NCBI GenBank assembly: GCA_029247365.1
Contig: JAQWLJ010000011.1
Location: forward strand, 82,890 to 146,889
Length of the DNA: 64,000 nt
Direction of reading: 5' to 3'
Origin: Acidimicrobiales bacterium
GTDB lineage: Bacteria > Actinomycetota > Acidimicrobiia > Acidimicrobiales > Aldehydirespiratoraceae
The position numbers were made by a program, and so were the translations under genes. This document shows, piece after piece, positions 18,941 to 28,585 of this stretch. Below the pieces are notes generated by a model. The model was not told where the DNA came from and made no database searches. It saw only the letters and a program-made list of their open reading frames with translations. Within the stretch, counting starts at the first letter, position 1; each line of letters begins with the position of its first letter.

Positions 18941-19855
18941 GTGTCCAAGCTGACAGGCACCGGCAGCCGGGCCTCGTTCGAGCCGCTCGACTGGCTGCTC
19001 GTCATCATCGTTGGCGTCACATGGGGGTCGGCCTACCTGTGGATCGCAATCGGGCTTGAAGCGCTGGCCCCGGGCGTGATCGCGTTCCTGCGGGTTGCCC
19101 TTGGGGCAGCGGCATTGTTCCTCTTCCCTGCTGCGCGGCGTCGGATCGACGCTCGCGACTGGCCCTACGTGGCCATCGTTGCGATTGCTGGCAACGGCGG
19201 CCCGGCGCTGCTGTTCGCGTTGGCGGAAGAGCGCCTCGACTCCGCGGTCGTTGGGATGCTGGTGTCCGTGGCTCCCGTACTCACCCTTGTCCTGGCGTTC
19301 TCGCTCGGAAACCGGAGCGTACGGGCCGTGCATGTCACCGGGATCGGCCTCGGGTTCACCGGCGTCACCGCGATGGCCGGCCCTGAACTGAGCGGGGCCG
19401 ATGCCTCGGCCATCGGGATCGCGCTGACGCTCACGGCGGTCCTCGGGTATGCGTTGACGGGGAACGTCGTGGTGCCACTGCAGCAGCGCTACGGCGGGAT
19501 GGCTGTCGTAGCCAACGCCCAGGCCCTGTCTGCGGTCGTCCTGCTCCCCATCGGCCTTGCCGGTCTGTCCGCTTCAGAGTTCAAGACCGGGCCGGTCCTC
19601 GCCGTGGCGTTTCTCGGGGTGATGGGCACCGGTGTCGCTCGGTCCTTGTCCGCAACGCTGGCCGGACGAGCTGGCCCGCAGCGAAGCGGTGTGCCCGCCT
19701 ATCTCGCTCCCGTCGTGGCGATCATCCTTGGCGTAGCGGTTCGAGACGAGTCCGTCGACACCATCCAGATCGTCGGGCTCGTGGTTGCGTTGGTTGGCGC
19801 GTTCCTGATTGCCCGCCCAAACCCGCAGCTTGCGAAGACTGAGCCGACCGAGTGA
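18941..19855 (+). CDS. EamA/DMT family transporter
   Basis: 304 aa with roughly 10 hydrophobic segments and duplicated EamA-like halves. GTG start. Confidence 0.7.
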   Translation: MSKLTGTGSRASFEPLDWLLVIIVGVTWGSAYLWIAIGLEALAPGVIAFLRVALGAAALFLFPAARRRIDARDWPYVAIVAIAGNGGPALLFALAEERLDSAVVGMLVSVAPVLTLVLAFSLGNRSVRAVHVTGIGLGFTGVTAMAGPELSGADASAIGIALTLTAVLGYALTGNVVVPLQQRYGGMAVVANAQALSAVVLLPIGLAGLSASEFKTGPVLAVAFLGVMGTGVARSLSATLAGRAGPQRSGVPAYLAPVVAIILGVAVRDESVDTIQIVGLVVALVGAFLIARPNPQLAKTEPTE

Positions 19856-19865
19856 GCTAGCAGCC

Positions 19866-20612
19866 ATGAAACCCGACGTGTCCAAGGTCGACTTCCACTT
19901 CGACATCATGTGTCCGTACGCGTACCAGACCGCCAAGTGGATCCGCGACGTCCGCCGGCAGAACGGACTCGAGGTCAACTGGAAATTCTTTTCGCTCGAA
20001 GAGGTCAACCGGATCGAGGGCAAGAAGCACCCGTGGGAGCGCAAGTGGAGTTACGGCTGGTCGATGCTTCGTATCGGCGCACTGCTGCGCCGCAACTCCA
20101 TGGACGACCTCGACAAGTGGTACGAGCGGGCCGGCCGAGCACTGCACGAAGATGGACATCGCCCACATCAGCCTGATGTCGCAAAACACCTGCTCGAAGA
20201 GATCGGTCTCGACCCTTCGCTCGTCGACGAAGCGATGGCCGACCAGACCACACATGACGAAGTGCGCAATGAGCACGACAGAGTCATGAACGTGGGCGGC
20301 TACGGCGTACCGACCCTTTTCTTCGAACGCTACGACGGCAGTGAGCACGCTCTGTTCGGCCCCGTTCTGGTCGACCCCCCGATGGATGATGCGGCGATGC
20401 GATTGTGGGACGCCGTCACTGCGTGGGTTGAGTTCCCGTTCCTTTACGAACTCCAACAGCCGAAGCAGAAGCGCGACGAGCGGGCGATCGCCGAGACCTT
20501 CGCCCCGTACCTCAACGCCCGCGACTGGGTGAGCATCAACCGCGGCGTCGAAGTCAGCTTCTCGAAGGACGGCTTCGAAGCAGTTGGACCGGCCGATCGG
20601 GAGCGCTCATGA
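19866..20612 (+). CDS. DsbA-like thioredoxin-fold protein (monothiol CPYA motif)
   Basis: ORF 19809..20612. ATG 19866 gives MKPDVSKVDFHFDIMCPYAYQTAKW, as in DsbA/2-hydroxychromene-2-carboxylate isomerase-like proteins. Confidence 0.55.
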   Translation: MKPDVSKVDFHFDIMCPYAYQTAKWIRDVRRQNGLEVNWKFFSLEEVNRIEGKKHPWERKWSYGWSMLRIGALLRRNSMDDLDKWYERAGRALHEDGHRPHQPDVAKHLLEEIGLDPSLVDEAMADQTTHDEVRNEHDRVMNVGGYGVPTLFFERYDGSEHALFGPVLVDPPMDDAAMRLWDAVTAWVEFPFLYELQQPKQKRDERAIAETFAPYLNARDWVSINRGVEVSFSKDGFEAVGPADRERS

Positions 20613-21103
20613 AGTACCACCAGCAGCCCGGCACAGGGGTGTCGGTTCATGTCGATGCCGCCCCCGAAGCGGTGTGGGCGATCGTCAGTGACATCAACCT
20701 TCCTGCGCGCTACGACACCGAACTCCAGAAAGCCGAGTGGATCGAGCCAGCCACCGGACCGGCGCCTGGCGCCACATTCGCCGGGTTCAACAAACACGAG
20801 CTGATCGGCGAGTGGCAGGTTGTCTGCCGGGTCGACTGGTGCGAACCCGGCCGCGCATTTGGCTGGCGGGTCACCGGCGACGACGGCGGTCCCGCCCAGT
20901 GGGTGTTCACCATGACACCGGAGGGTGACGGTACGCGTCTGCGGTTTGATGCCCAGATGGGCCCCGGTCAGTCGGGGCTCAACCCGGCGATCGAACGGAT
21001 GCCTGACCGCGAAGACGCCATCGTCGCCAACCGCCTCGCCGAGTGGGCCAAGAACATGACCAAGGTGATCGAAGGGTCCAAGGCGCTGGCTGAAGCGCGC
21101 TGA
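20609..21103 (+). CDS. SRPBCC family protein
   Basis: 164 aa with VHVDAAPEAVWAIVSDINLPARY. It has an ATGA overlap with the upstream gene. Confidence 0.6.
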   Translation: MKYHQQPGTGVSVHVDAAPEAVWAIVSDINLPARYDTELQKAEWIEPATGPAPGATFAGFNKHELIGEWQVVCRVDWCEPGRAFGWRVTGDDGGPAQWVFTMTPEGDGTRLRFDAQMGPGQSGLNPAIERMPDREDAIVANRLAEWAKNMTKVIEGSKALAEAR

Positions 21104-21169
21104 CAACACCGCGCTAGAGCTGGTGCCGTCGATACGCAATCACACGTGCCTGTTGCGCCACCGGTTCGC

Positions 21170-22237
21170 TCAGTCGTAGTCGGGACCGATCGGCACACCG
21201 TCGACGACCTGGTCCAGGTATTCGGTCATCCCCATTCCAGTCTTCAACACGCCGTCGTGCTCGCACTCGAAAGTCGTCATCGCTTCGGTGATGCGGGTGA
21301 ACAGTTCGTTGCCGACCAGATCCTTGCGTCGATTCCGCAATGGGATCAGCGCATTGACCCGGCCAGTGATCTCGTACTCCTTGCCAGTTTCGCTCTTCGC
21401 CCACATCCGCATCGACGTCTGGTGGTGGAGGTCGTCGAAGTCGGTCTCGATTCGACAGTCAACGAGATGGTGATACTCGTCGCCTTCGAGGACCATGCCA
21501 CCGCGCCGAGGCTCCTTGCCGTCGGGGCGGCCGATGATCGACAGCATCAGCGCAAAGCCCTCGTCGAAGATCATCGGGGTCCAGCGGTACCACGACAGTG
21601 CCTGCCAGTAGCGAGGGCCCCACGACTTGTCGCGTAGACCGAGGCCGTCTATCTCCCAGACCTCGCCCCCAGCATCACCGACTCCGTCGAGCTCGATCGT
21701 GCCTGTCACCCGTGTGTGCTGCTCAAAGTGAGCTTTGGCGAACGAGTTCTGCGCGTCCGTCTCGATCTCGGTGCCGTCGGCGTACTGCGGTTTACCGCCG
21801 TACATCGGCGATACGCCGTGCACGTCGAGTCGAACCCGGCACTCAACCGTCGGGTTGTCGCGGAACGCCTCACGCGGGTTCGTCATCTGCTCCGGTTCGT
21901 CAAGCACCACGACCTTGCCGTCGTAGCTGATGGTGAGGTGTTCGAACGGCGCCACGACCGCTATCTCGAGCCCGCCGGCGTTCATCTCATTGTTGGTCTC
22001 GATCCGGGGTCGGCCGAACATAAAACCCACCCGACCATCGGGCAGATAGAGGCAGACCGACATCTCGGCGTAGCCCTCGTTCACCCGGTTGCCGAGCCGG
22101 AACCATGCCCCCAACCCCTGGGTCAGATCGAACCCGTTGAGGTACATCGATTCGTTGTAGTTCGGTACCGGGTCAGGTTCGTGGGTGAACTCGTCCTCCG
22201 GAAACAGAACCGTCACGATCTCGGGTGTGTCACTCAT
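21170..22237 (-). CDS. conserved hypothetical protein (beta-rich, function unknown)
   Basis: ORF 21170..22255 has good GC3 and a coherent composition (MSDTPEIVTVLFPEDEFTHEPDPVPNYNESMYLNGFD...). I recognise no catalytic motif. Confidence 0.5.
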   Translation of the reverse strand: MSDTPEIVTVLFPEDEFTHEPDPVPNYNESMYLNGFDLTQGLGAWFRLGNRVNEGYAEMSVCLYLPDGRVGFMFGRPRIETNNEMNAGGLEIAVVAPFEHLTISYDGKVVVLDEPEQMTNPREAFRDNPTVECRVRLDVHGVSPMYGGKPQYADGTEIETDAQNSFAKAHFEQHTRVTGTIELDGVGDAGGEVWEIDGLGLRDKSWGPRYWQALSWYRWTPMIFDEGFALMLSIIGRPDGKEPRRGGMVLEGDEYHHLVDCRIETDFDDLHHQTSMRMWAKSETGKEYEITGRVNALIPLRNRRKDLVGNELFTRITEAMTTFECEHDGVLKTGMGMTEYLDQVVDGVPIGPDYD

Positions 22238-22303
22238 GCACTCACCCTGCCTCACCGCCGTGGCCTCGCGCTAACCTCCCCTGCCGTACCTCTCGGGGTA
22301 CAC

Positions 22304-22392
22304 GGAGACGTGGCCGAGCCAGGTTGAAGGCGCTTCCCTGCTAAGGAAGTAACGTCGTAAGGCGTTCGTGGGTTCAAATCCCACCGTCTCCG
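22304..22392 (+). tRNA. tRNA-Ser (anticodon GCU)
   Basis: GGAGACG acceptor stem, anticodon stem-loop CTTCC-CTGCTAA-GGAAG, long variable arm, T-arm GTGGG-TTCAAAT-CCCAC and 3' acceptor CGTCTCC-G. No encoded CCA. Confidence 0.9.
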
Positions 22393-22428
22393 CGAAAGTC
22401 GATTCAGTGGTCTTACACTGGTTGATCT

Positions 22429-22502
22429 GCGCCCGTAGCTCAGCTGGATAGAGCATCTGACTACGGATCAGAAGGCCGGGAGTTCGAATCTCTCCGGGCG
22501 CG
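22429..22502 (+). tRNA. tRNA-Arg (anticodon ACG)
   Basis: GCGCCCG acceptor stem, D-arm GCTC-AGCTGGATA-GAGC, anticodon stem-loop TCTGA-CTACGGA-TCAGA, T-arm GGGAG-TTCGAAT-CTCTC and 3' acceptor CGGGCGC-G. Confidence 0.9.
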
Positions 22503-22507
22503 CTGGA

Positions 22508-22543
22508 CACGTCCCCTGCAACCGCAGGGGACGTGCTGGTTTT
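22508..22543. terminator. intrinsic terminator hairpin after tRNA-Arg (convergent with the sbcC 3' end)
   Basis: CACGTCCCCTGC-AACC-GCAGGGGACGTG is a perfect 12-bp stem, followed by CTGGTTTTGG. It lies between the tRNA-Arg gene and the sbcC stop (22594). Confidence 0.6.
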
Positions 22544-22593
22544 GGCGATGCCGGGTTGGTAGCCAGAGCCTGGGGCATCGCTCACATCGCCTC

Positions 22594-25533
22594 TCAGGGG
22601 TTGACGGTGAGTTTCGAACCTCGGCCGTCAGCGTGACGTTCAACGACGATGCCGGGGTGGAGACGTTCCTTCATCGCCTCCACATGCGTAATGACTCCGA
22701 CCATGCGGCCCTGTTCCTGAAGCCCATACAGCGTGTCGATCGCATCATCGAGTGAGCGCTGGTCGAGCGACCCGAATCCTTCATCGATGAAGAGCGCCTC
22801 CGGGGTGTGGCTTCGAGCCGACCCGGCCCGGCTCACGACGTCGGCAAGGCCAAGCGCCAGTGAGAGCGATGCCTGGAACTGTTCGCCACCCGAAAGTGAC
22901 GAGGGCGACCGGTCGCGCCCGGTGTGAGCATCGTCAATCGTCAGGTCGAGACCCTTTGCCCCTCGGCCACCTTCATCATCGTCACGCCGGATTGTGTAGC
23001 GGCCATTGCTCATCTGGCGAAGGTGCACTGACGCAACGGCTGCAACCTGATCGAGTTGCTGACCGAGAACCCAACGCAGGAGGTTGACGTCGTGGCTGCC
23101 GTGGCAGACAGCATGCGCGAGGCGAGCAGCGCTGGCCCGTTTGCGAAGCGCCGCAGAAGCCATCTGGGTCGTGTCGTAGTCCTTGATCGCTTCGGTCGCG
23201 GTCCCTAGTGACTGTTCGACCCTCGTGTGCCGTTCTTCGAGGGCTCTGGCCATGCCATCAGCTTCAGCCGCAGTGTTGGCAAGGGCCTCGGTATCGGGTC
23301 GGGTTTCGGGGACACCTTGCTCCACGAGAGTTTCCAGCGAGGTTCTTGCGTTCGTCGTCTCCTCACGGTGGTTGGCTTCGGCATCAAGGGCTGCTCGCTC
23401 GACGGTGACATCGAGGAGAGCCTGTTGGGCGTCGGCGATTGTCGTGAACATGCTCGAAGCAAGAACACTGGCGAACTCCTTTTCGGCATCTGTTCTGGTC
23501 GTCGTGGACGACACCCTCTTCTCATCCGTTTCCCGATACCGATCGCAGAGTTCGCCGAGTTTGGCGAGCACCGTGTCGTTCGCCTCAAGGATGGTCGCAT
23601 CGATACCTGCTGCCCCATTCGTTGCCACCTTCAGCCGTTCGGTGGTGTCTTCCACACCTTGCTGGAAGCCTCCTTTCGCGCCGGAAAGCCGCGCTGCATC
23701 GGTCATCAGCTGCACTCGTCGCTCGTCGCACTTCGCGCGTATCGACAGCGTTTCGGCGCGTTGTTCGATCGCGTTGACAGCGCCCGTAAATGCCACCTGT
23801 GCAGCCTCGACGCGCGTTTCGACAGCCGCCACGTCGCTTTCGGCATCGGAACCGAGTGAAGTCAGTACCGCAGCGAGGTCGGCGTCGAACGCGCTTCGCG
23901 TTGCCTGGGTCCGCTGCAACTGCTCCTGCGTCTTCAGTACATCGTCGTGGCCGACGACTTGATCCCCATCGGCGTGCTCCGCAGGCCGGGGGTGCTGCGT
24001 CGAACCACAGACGTGGCAGGGCTCTCCAGCCTTGAGTTCGGCAGCCATCCGGGGCGCCTCGCTCTGCAGGTAGGCCCGCATCGTTTCTTTGACAAGGTCC
24101 TCTGCTGAGCGTTCGGCTGTGACCGCACGTCCAAGCTCAGCCTGCAACCCGTCACGACGTTCGATAGTGGCCAGAACCTTCGTCAGATCACGGTGCGCAG
24201 CGTCGAGCGCATCCGTGTCAAGAGACATCTCGGCGAATGCTCGAAGCTTCTCGTCGAGTCCTTCGATCTCGGCTTGGAGGTTTCCCGTCTCAGCCTCATT
24301 CGTCTCGACATTTTGTTTCCACTCGGCAAATTTCTCGGCAGCGCCTTCGGCAGCCCCCATTGCGCTCCTGTAATCGTCGAGCGCCTTTCGCTGAGCCGCG
24401 ACTGCGGACTTCGCTTGTTCGATCGCGGTCGCGACCTTGACCGGTGACGGATCGGCGAAGCTGATCTCGAGCTGCTGTCCGGCTGATCGAAGCTCACCGA
24501 ATACAGCTTCAGACGCAGCGACGGCCAAGGCCTCCGATTCCTTGGCGGCCGCGCATACGCCATCGGCATCGGTCACTGGACGGGCAGTGGCCGACTGTCT
24601 CGCCGCTGCTGCTGCCGTGTTCACGGCCGCCTCACGTTCGCTCAGGTCTTTCAGTTTTTCTTGATAGCCGTTGGCCCGGTCGTATCGGTCGGCAGCGTCG
24701 ACCGCGGTTGTGGCAGTCGCCGAAGCGCTGTTCGCAATCGCTCGGGCAGCAGTCGCCTCGGCCGCAAGGGCCTGGGCCGGTTTGCGAAGGGCATCAAGTT
24801 CTTGACCGAGCTGTTCACGGTCGCGTTGCTCAGCTTCGTCGAGCGGTTCGAGTTCGAATTCTCCTTGCGCCTGCTTGATCATCCCCGCTGCGATACCAAC
24901 GAGTTCTCTGATCCGGTGCTCAACCTCTCCGACCGCAGTTGCGGTTTCGTCGCTCTGTTTTTTCAGTTCTTGGGTGATCGCTTCAAAGACGTCACCGCCA
25001 AAGAGTTGGCGCAGCAAGGTTTCGCGGTCGCTGGACTTGTCGAGGAGAAAACGCTGCACTTCGCCTTGCGGAAGCACCATGACCCGCTGGAATTGATCGG
25101 CATTGAGTCCGATCAGGTTGTTGATGTAGTCCGACACGTCTTGCGTGCCAGATGCCAACGTCGTGGGCTGGTTGCCGTCAATCCTCTTGAGCGACGCCGT
25201 CCGATTTTCCGTCGTCGTCCCACTGCCAACCTTTTTTGGACGGTCGTACTTCGGTGATTGTTCGGCAACATAAACAACCCCGCCGGCCTCGAAGGCGAAC
25301 CGCGCATACGTGTGTATTCCGGGATCGGCATGGTGCGAGCGGATGTCGTCCGCCGGCTTCAGCGGCATTTTGCCGAAGAGGGCAAAACTCATCGCGTCGA
25401 AGACTGTCGTCTTGCCCGTGCCAGTGTCACCCGAGATAACGAACAGGCCACGCGCCGACAGCGCCGAAAAATCGACCTCAACCGCGTCGGGGTACGACCC
25501 GAAGGCAGCGAATTCGATCTTGAGCGGTTTCAC
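22594..25533 (-). CDS. sbcC: SbcC-type SMC-like ATPase (exonuclease SbcCD subunit C)
   Basis: 979 aa with N-terminal Walker A GDTGTGKTTVFDAMSFALFG, a long Ala/Glu-rich coiled coil, the zinc hook CHVCGS, and C-terminal LSGGEQFQASLSLAL, LFIDEGFGSLD and ITHV. GTGA overlap with sbcD. Confidence 0.85.
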   Translation of the reverse strand: MKPLKIEFAAFGSYPDAVEVDFSALSARGLFVISGDTGTGKTTVFDAMSFALFGKMPLKPADDIRSHHADPGIHTYARFAFEAGGVVYVAEQSPKYDRPKKVGSGTTTENRTASLKRIDGNQPTTLASGTQDVSDYINNLIGLNADQFQRVMVLPQGEVQRFLLDKSSDRETLLRQLFGGDVFEAITQELKKQSDETATAVGEVEHRIRELVGIAAGMIKQAQGEFELEPLDEAEQRDREQLGQELDALRKPAQALAAEATAARAIANSASATATTAVDAADRYDRANGYQEKLKDLSEREAAVNTAAAAARQSATARPVTDADGVCAAAKESEALAVAASEAVFGELRSAGQQLEISFADPSPVKVATAIEQAKSAVAAQRKALDDYRSAMGAAEGAAEKFAEWKQNVETNEAETGNLQAEIEGLDEKLRAFAEMSLDTDALDAAHRDLTKVLATIERRDGLQAELGRAVTAERSAEDLVKETMRAYLQSEAPRMAAELKAGEPCHVCGSTQHPRPAEHADGDQVVGHDDVLKTQEQLQRTQATRSAFDADLAAVLTSLGSDAESDVAAVETRVEAAQVAFTGAVNAIEQRAETLSIRAKCDERRVQLMTDAARLSGAKGGFQQGVEDTTERLKVATNGAAGIDATILEANDTVLAKLGELCDRYRETDEKRVSSTTTRTDAEKEFASVLASSMFTTIADAQQALLDVTVERAALDAEANHREETTNARTSLETLVEQGVPETRPDTEALANTAAEADGMARALEERHTRVEQSLGTATEAIKDYDTTQMASAALRKRASAARLAHAVCHGSHDVNLLRWVLGQQLDQVAAVASVHLRQMSNGRYTIRRDDDEGGRGAKGLDLTIDDAHTGRDRSPSSLSGGEQFQASLSLALGLADVVSRAGSARSHTPEALFIDEGFGSLDQRSLDDAIDTLYGLQEQGRMVGVITHVEAMKERLHPGIVVERHADGRGSKLTVNP

Positions 25534-26714
25534 GATGCCTCCTTCGTTGCCGCCGCAACCGCTGCGGTCAACAACTCACGCTCGAGATCATCGGGTTCTG
25601 CACCCTGCCGTTCACTCCAGAACGCGACCACGGTCTCGAGTGGATCGATCCGGTCGGGCGATGCCTGCGGCTCGACAGCCGTCGTCGTGACCACACCCGA
25701 GGGTTGGAGGTGGACCTCGACCGTCAAGGGGTATCGGGCTTCCAGTCTCGACTTGGCATCGAGGATGAGGCCCGGATCGGTGACCGTGGCGCGAACGAAC
25801 CGCCCCTCGGCGTCGCGGTGACTTGTCGAGTCGAGCAGCTCTTCCATCGTGCCTGTCATCGAATAGACCTTGCGGCCGACGGCGAGCTCGACCGTGTCGA
25901 TTTCGACGGCACCGGCGGCGTCCATGTCGACGATGGTGACAGACTTCTGATGGTCCTCAGAGAACGAGTACGGCAGCGGTGTTCCGCAGTAACGGATGTT
26001 TTCACGGCCGACGTTCTGGGGGCGATGCAGGTGCCCCAACGCCGTGTACGAGAAACCGTCGAAAACGGAGGCGTTGACCGCCCCATGCCCGCCGACCTCG
26101 ACCACGCGCTCAGAGTCGGACTCCTGAGGCCGGTCCTCAGGTCGGTCTCCACCGATCACGAAAGCGTGCGCGACCGCCACCGAGCGCGGCGCTCGCAGTT
26201 CCGAGTGGGTCTGCTTGATCGTATCGGCCAAGACCTCGTGGTGGGTTCGCTGAACACTGCGGTCGAGCTTCTCGTCCATGGTTCGGTCGGGGTCGTCGTC
26301 AGGCGCTGCAATCGGATCGAGGAAAGGCAGCAGCACGAGGTCGAGCGGACCGTCGCCAAATTCCAGGGGGATAACCCGACCGATGCCTTCGTACCCGCCT
26401 CGGACGTACACGCCGGACCCATCGAGAAGATCGTCGTAGGGCGACAGTCGGTCGGCGCCGTCGTGGTTCCCAGAGATGACCGCGACCGTCACCTCAAGGT
26501 CCCGGAGCCGCCGTAACGTCATTCGAAACAGTTCGATCGATTCTGTCGGGGCGATCGCTCGGTCGAAGATGTCGCCAGCGATGATCACGAGGTCCACATC
26601 GTGATCGTTCACGATGCCGACAAACACATCGCAAAACGACGCCTGGTCGTCGTGCAGCGACACCGGCCCGAAGCTCCGGCCGAGGTGCCAGTCGCTGGTG
26701 TGGGCGATTCTCAC
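25530..26714 (-). CDS. sbcD: SbcD nuclease (Mre11-like phosphoesterase)
   Basis: The track ORF is 25530..27053. The conserved N-terminus VRIAHTSDWHLGR starts at GTG 26714, preceded by GGAGGA. Also present are IIAGDIFD and ISGNHD. The 113-aa upstream extension is Arg/His-rich and looks like junk. Confidence 0.85.
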   Translation of the reverse strand: MRIAHTSDWHLGRSFGPVSLHDDQASFCDVFVGIVNDHDVDLVIIAGDIFDRAIAPTESIELFRMTLRRLRDLEVTVAVISGNHDGADRLSPYDDLLDGSGVYVRGGYEGIGRVIPLEFGDGPLDLVLLPFLDPIAAPDDDPDRTMDEKLDRSVQRTHHEVLADTIKQTHSELRAPRSVAVAHAFVIGGDRPEDRPQESDSERVVEVGGHGAVNASVFDGFSYTALGHLHRPQNVGRENIRYCGTPLPYSFSEDHQKSVTIVDMDAAGAVEIDTVELAVGRKVYSMTGTMEELLDSTSHRDAEGRFVRATVTDPGLILDAKSRLEARYPLTVEVHLQPSGVVTTTAVEPQASPDRIDPLETVVAFWSERQGAEPDDLERELLTAAVAAATKEAS

Positions 26715-26789
26715 GTTGTTCCTCCGCTTCGCTCTCCGTGGCACGATGGCACTGCTGGCGACAGGCCACCGCACACGAGGGACACATCG

Positions 26790-27686
26790 ATGAAAACCAG
26801 TCGATCCGACAGCCGGTTGGCGGTCGGCATTGCAATGTTCGTGCTCATGCTCGCAGGCTGCGGCGTCGACGACACGCCTCCCGCTGCGCCAACGGGCGAT
26901 CTGATCGTTCAACAGGGGCCGTTGAGTGGTCCTCCCACACTGGTCTCGGTCTCGCTCGACACCGTCGAGTCGTCCATCCTCGTGCCCATGTCGGACGGCG
27001 CCGCTGCGGGCCGGTGGGCTCCCGACGGTGAACGCCTGCTCTGGACCCAGCATTCGGCTGACGGTGCGGCTGCGATCAGGGTCGGCAAGCCTGACGGCGC
27101 CAACTCGGTGGCCGTCACGTCGGTTCGCTCCGGCGACGTGGCGACCTGGGCACCCAACTGTCGCCGGATCGCGTTCTCACTGCGAGAAGAAGCCACCGGC
27201 GCCCATGGGCTCCATCTTCTGGCACTCGACTCCGCCGAGACAACACCGCTTGCCGACGGGGGTGACGGCGCGACACCCGACTGGTCACCGGTTGGCGAAC
27301 AGCTCGCGTTTGCCAGTGATCGGGGTGGAGACACCGACATCGTCGTCCTCGACCTCGTCGACGGCAGTCAACGACAACTCACCGACAACACCGTTGGCGA
27401 CACCGGGCCTCGCTGGTCCCCCGACGGCGACAGCATCGCCTGGGCAAGTCGTGTCAACGAGCGCAAACAGATCTTCGTGATGGGTGCTGATGGCAGCGAA
27501 ACAGCACAACTCACCACCGGCGCAACCGGTGGTGAGCACCCGGTGTGGTCACCAGACGGCGAGTGGATCGCCTACCAGCAGGCCGGGTCCGCCATTGCGA
27601 TCATGCGAGCGGACGGCAGTGACCACCGCCTCCTTGACATCGTCGGGATTCCGACCGACTGGGGGCCACCGACCGGCTCGTGTTGA
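26790..27686 (+). CDS. TolB-like (PD40/WD40-like beta-propeller repeat) lipoprotein
   Basis: ORF 26601..27686. ATG 26790 gives MKTSRSDSRLAVGIAMFVLMLAGCG, which has a lipobox. There are repeated W(A/S)PDG...(I/L)A(F/W/Y) PD40-type blades. GAGGGA lies upstream. Confidence 0.7.
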   Translation: MKTSRSDSRLAVGIAMFVLMLAGCGVDDTPPAAPTGDLIVQQGPLSGPPTLVSVSLDTVESSILVPMSDGAAAGRWAPDGERLLWTQHSADGAAAIRVGKPDGANSVAVTSVRSGDVATWAPNCRRIAFSLREEATGAHGLHLLALDSAETTPLADGGDGATPDWSPVGEQLAFASDRGGDTDIVVLDLVDGSQRQLTDNTVGDTGPRWSPDGDSIAWASRVNERKQIFVMGADGSETAQLTTGATGGEHPVWSPDGEWIAYQQAGSAIAIMRADGSDHRLLDIVGIPTDWGPPTGSC

Positions 27687-27735
27687 GCGACTGCGGTCGC
27701 CGACCCGACCGACTCCGACGTGGCACGATGAGGCA

Positions 27736-28119
27736 ATGCTTCATGAACAGGTCCGGACGTTCGCCGAGGGTGCCAATTTCGCTGCCTTGACCACCCTGAT
27801 GCCCGACGGGCAACCCCAGACCCACATCATGTGGGTCGGCTGCGACGACGGCCACATCCTGATCAACACAGAGGTCCACCGCCGCAAGTTCAAGAACGTG
27901 CAAGCCGACCCCCGGGTGACGGTCGCCATCTGGGATGTGAACAACGCGTACTCATTCGTCGAGGTGCGAGGTCGGGTCGTCGAGACGATCACCGGGCCGG
28001 CCGCCCTCGACAACATCAACGCGCTCTCCCGCAAGTACACCGGCGACGACTACAAGCCAGAGATCCAGTCGGAGCGTGTCATCCTCGTGATCGCACCCGA
28101 CCGTCAGGTCACTCGCTAG
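27736..28119 (+). CDS. PPOX-class (pyridoxamine 5'-phosphate oxidase family) probable F420-dependent enzyme
   Basis: ORF 27484..28119. ATG 27736 gives MLHEQVRTFAEGANFAALTTLMPDGQPQTHIMWV...VTVAIWD, typical of the TIGR03618-like family. Confidence 0.7.
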   Translation: MLHEQVRTFAEGANFAALTTLMPDGQPQTHIMWVGCDDGHILINTEVHRRKFKNVQADPRVTVAIWDVNNAYSFVEVRGRVVETITGPAALDNINALSRKYTGDDYKPEIQSERVILVIAPDRQVTR

Positions 28120-28195
28120 TTAGCAGCGCCACCCTGATTCGAGTCCACCAGGGGGCGTATCGGCGGCTATGCGCTCGCGCCGCTACCGTCGCGCC

Positions 28196-28585
28196 ATGGC
28201 AGGCCTGACCGATCTCGACGAAATGCTGCGGACTCTGACGGTCACGCGTCGAGCCAAGACCTATACGTTTGCGACGCTGCGCTCGGCACCGCCACTTGGC
28301 GACGGCATTGCGGCCGTGATTGAAGAGACCGAGGGTCTGACCGTTGTTGCCACCGTGACACGCGCCCGATCAGAAGGATGGTCGGTCGATTTCGAGGCGG
28401 CCTGGCTGACCCTCAACATTCATTCCGCCCTCGAAGCGGTTGGCCTCACGGCCGCCTTCTCAGCTGCGCTCGCCGAAGCCGCAATCCCGTGCAACACACT
28501 CGCCGGCTTTCATCACGACCACCTCCTCGTGCCGATCGACCAGGCCGACGACGCGATTCGGGTGCTTGAGGCACTACGCGGTTAG
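28196..28585 (+). CDS. ACT-domain-like small protein
   Basis: ORF 28169..28585 (MAGLTDLDEMLRTLTV...AIPCNTLAGFHHDHLLVP) resembles ACT_7-type proteins. The call is from memory only. Confidence 0.45.
   Translation: MAGLTDLDEMLRTLTVTRRAKTYTFATLRSAPPLGDGIAAVIEETEGLTVVATVTRARSEGWSVDFEAAWLTLNIHSALEAVGLTAAFSAALAEAAIPCNTLAGFHHDHLLVPIDQADDAIRVLEALRG

Noticed and set aside
19866-20612. The DsbA-like protein as another selenoprotein or CxxC redox protein.
   Set aside because: The active-site region reads CPYA with a sense Ala codon at the second position. There is no in-frame TGA.
22271-22643. ORFs 22271..22585(-) and 22461..22643(-) spanning the tRNA region.
   Set aside because: They overlap two well-formed tRNA genes and a terminator hairpin. 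Their composition looks non-coding.
22594-26714. The SbcC/SbcD pair as a candidate novel SMC-type anti-phage defence system.
   Set aside because: The architecture is canonical SbcCD: Mre11-like nuclease with a GTGA-coupled Rad50-like ATPase carrying a CxxC zinc hook. There are no extra effector, sensor or methylase genes, and the neighbours are housekeeping tRNAs and a TolB-like lipoprotein.
26715-27053. 113-aa N-terminal extension of the SbcD ORF.
   Set aside because: The conserved Mre11/SbcD N-terminus (RIAHTSDWHLG) begins at GTG 26714, which has a GGAGGA ribosome-binding site. The extension is low-complexity and would overlap the divergent lipoprotein gene.
28132-28153. A tRNA-like fragment (ATTCGAGTCC resembling a T-loop) after the PPOX gene, as a possible integration att-site remnant.
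   Set aside because: The flanking bases do not form a T-stem or acceptor stem. No integrase or direct repeat partner is present. It is simply a 5-bp hairpin (CCCTG...CAGGG).
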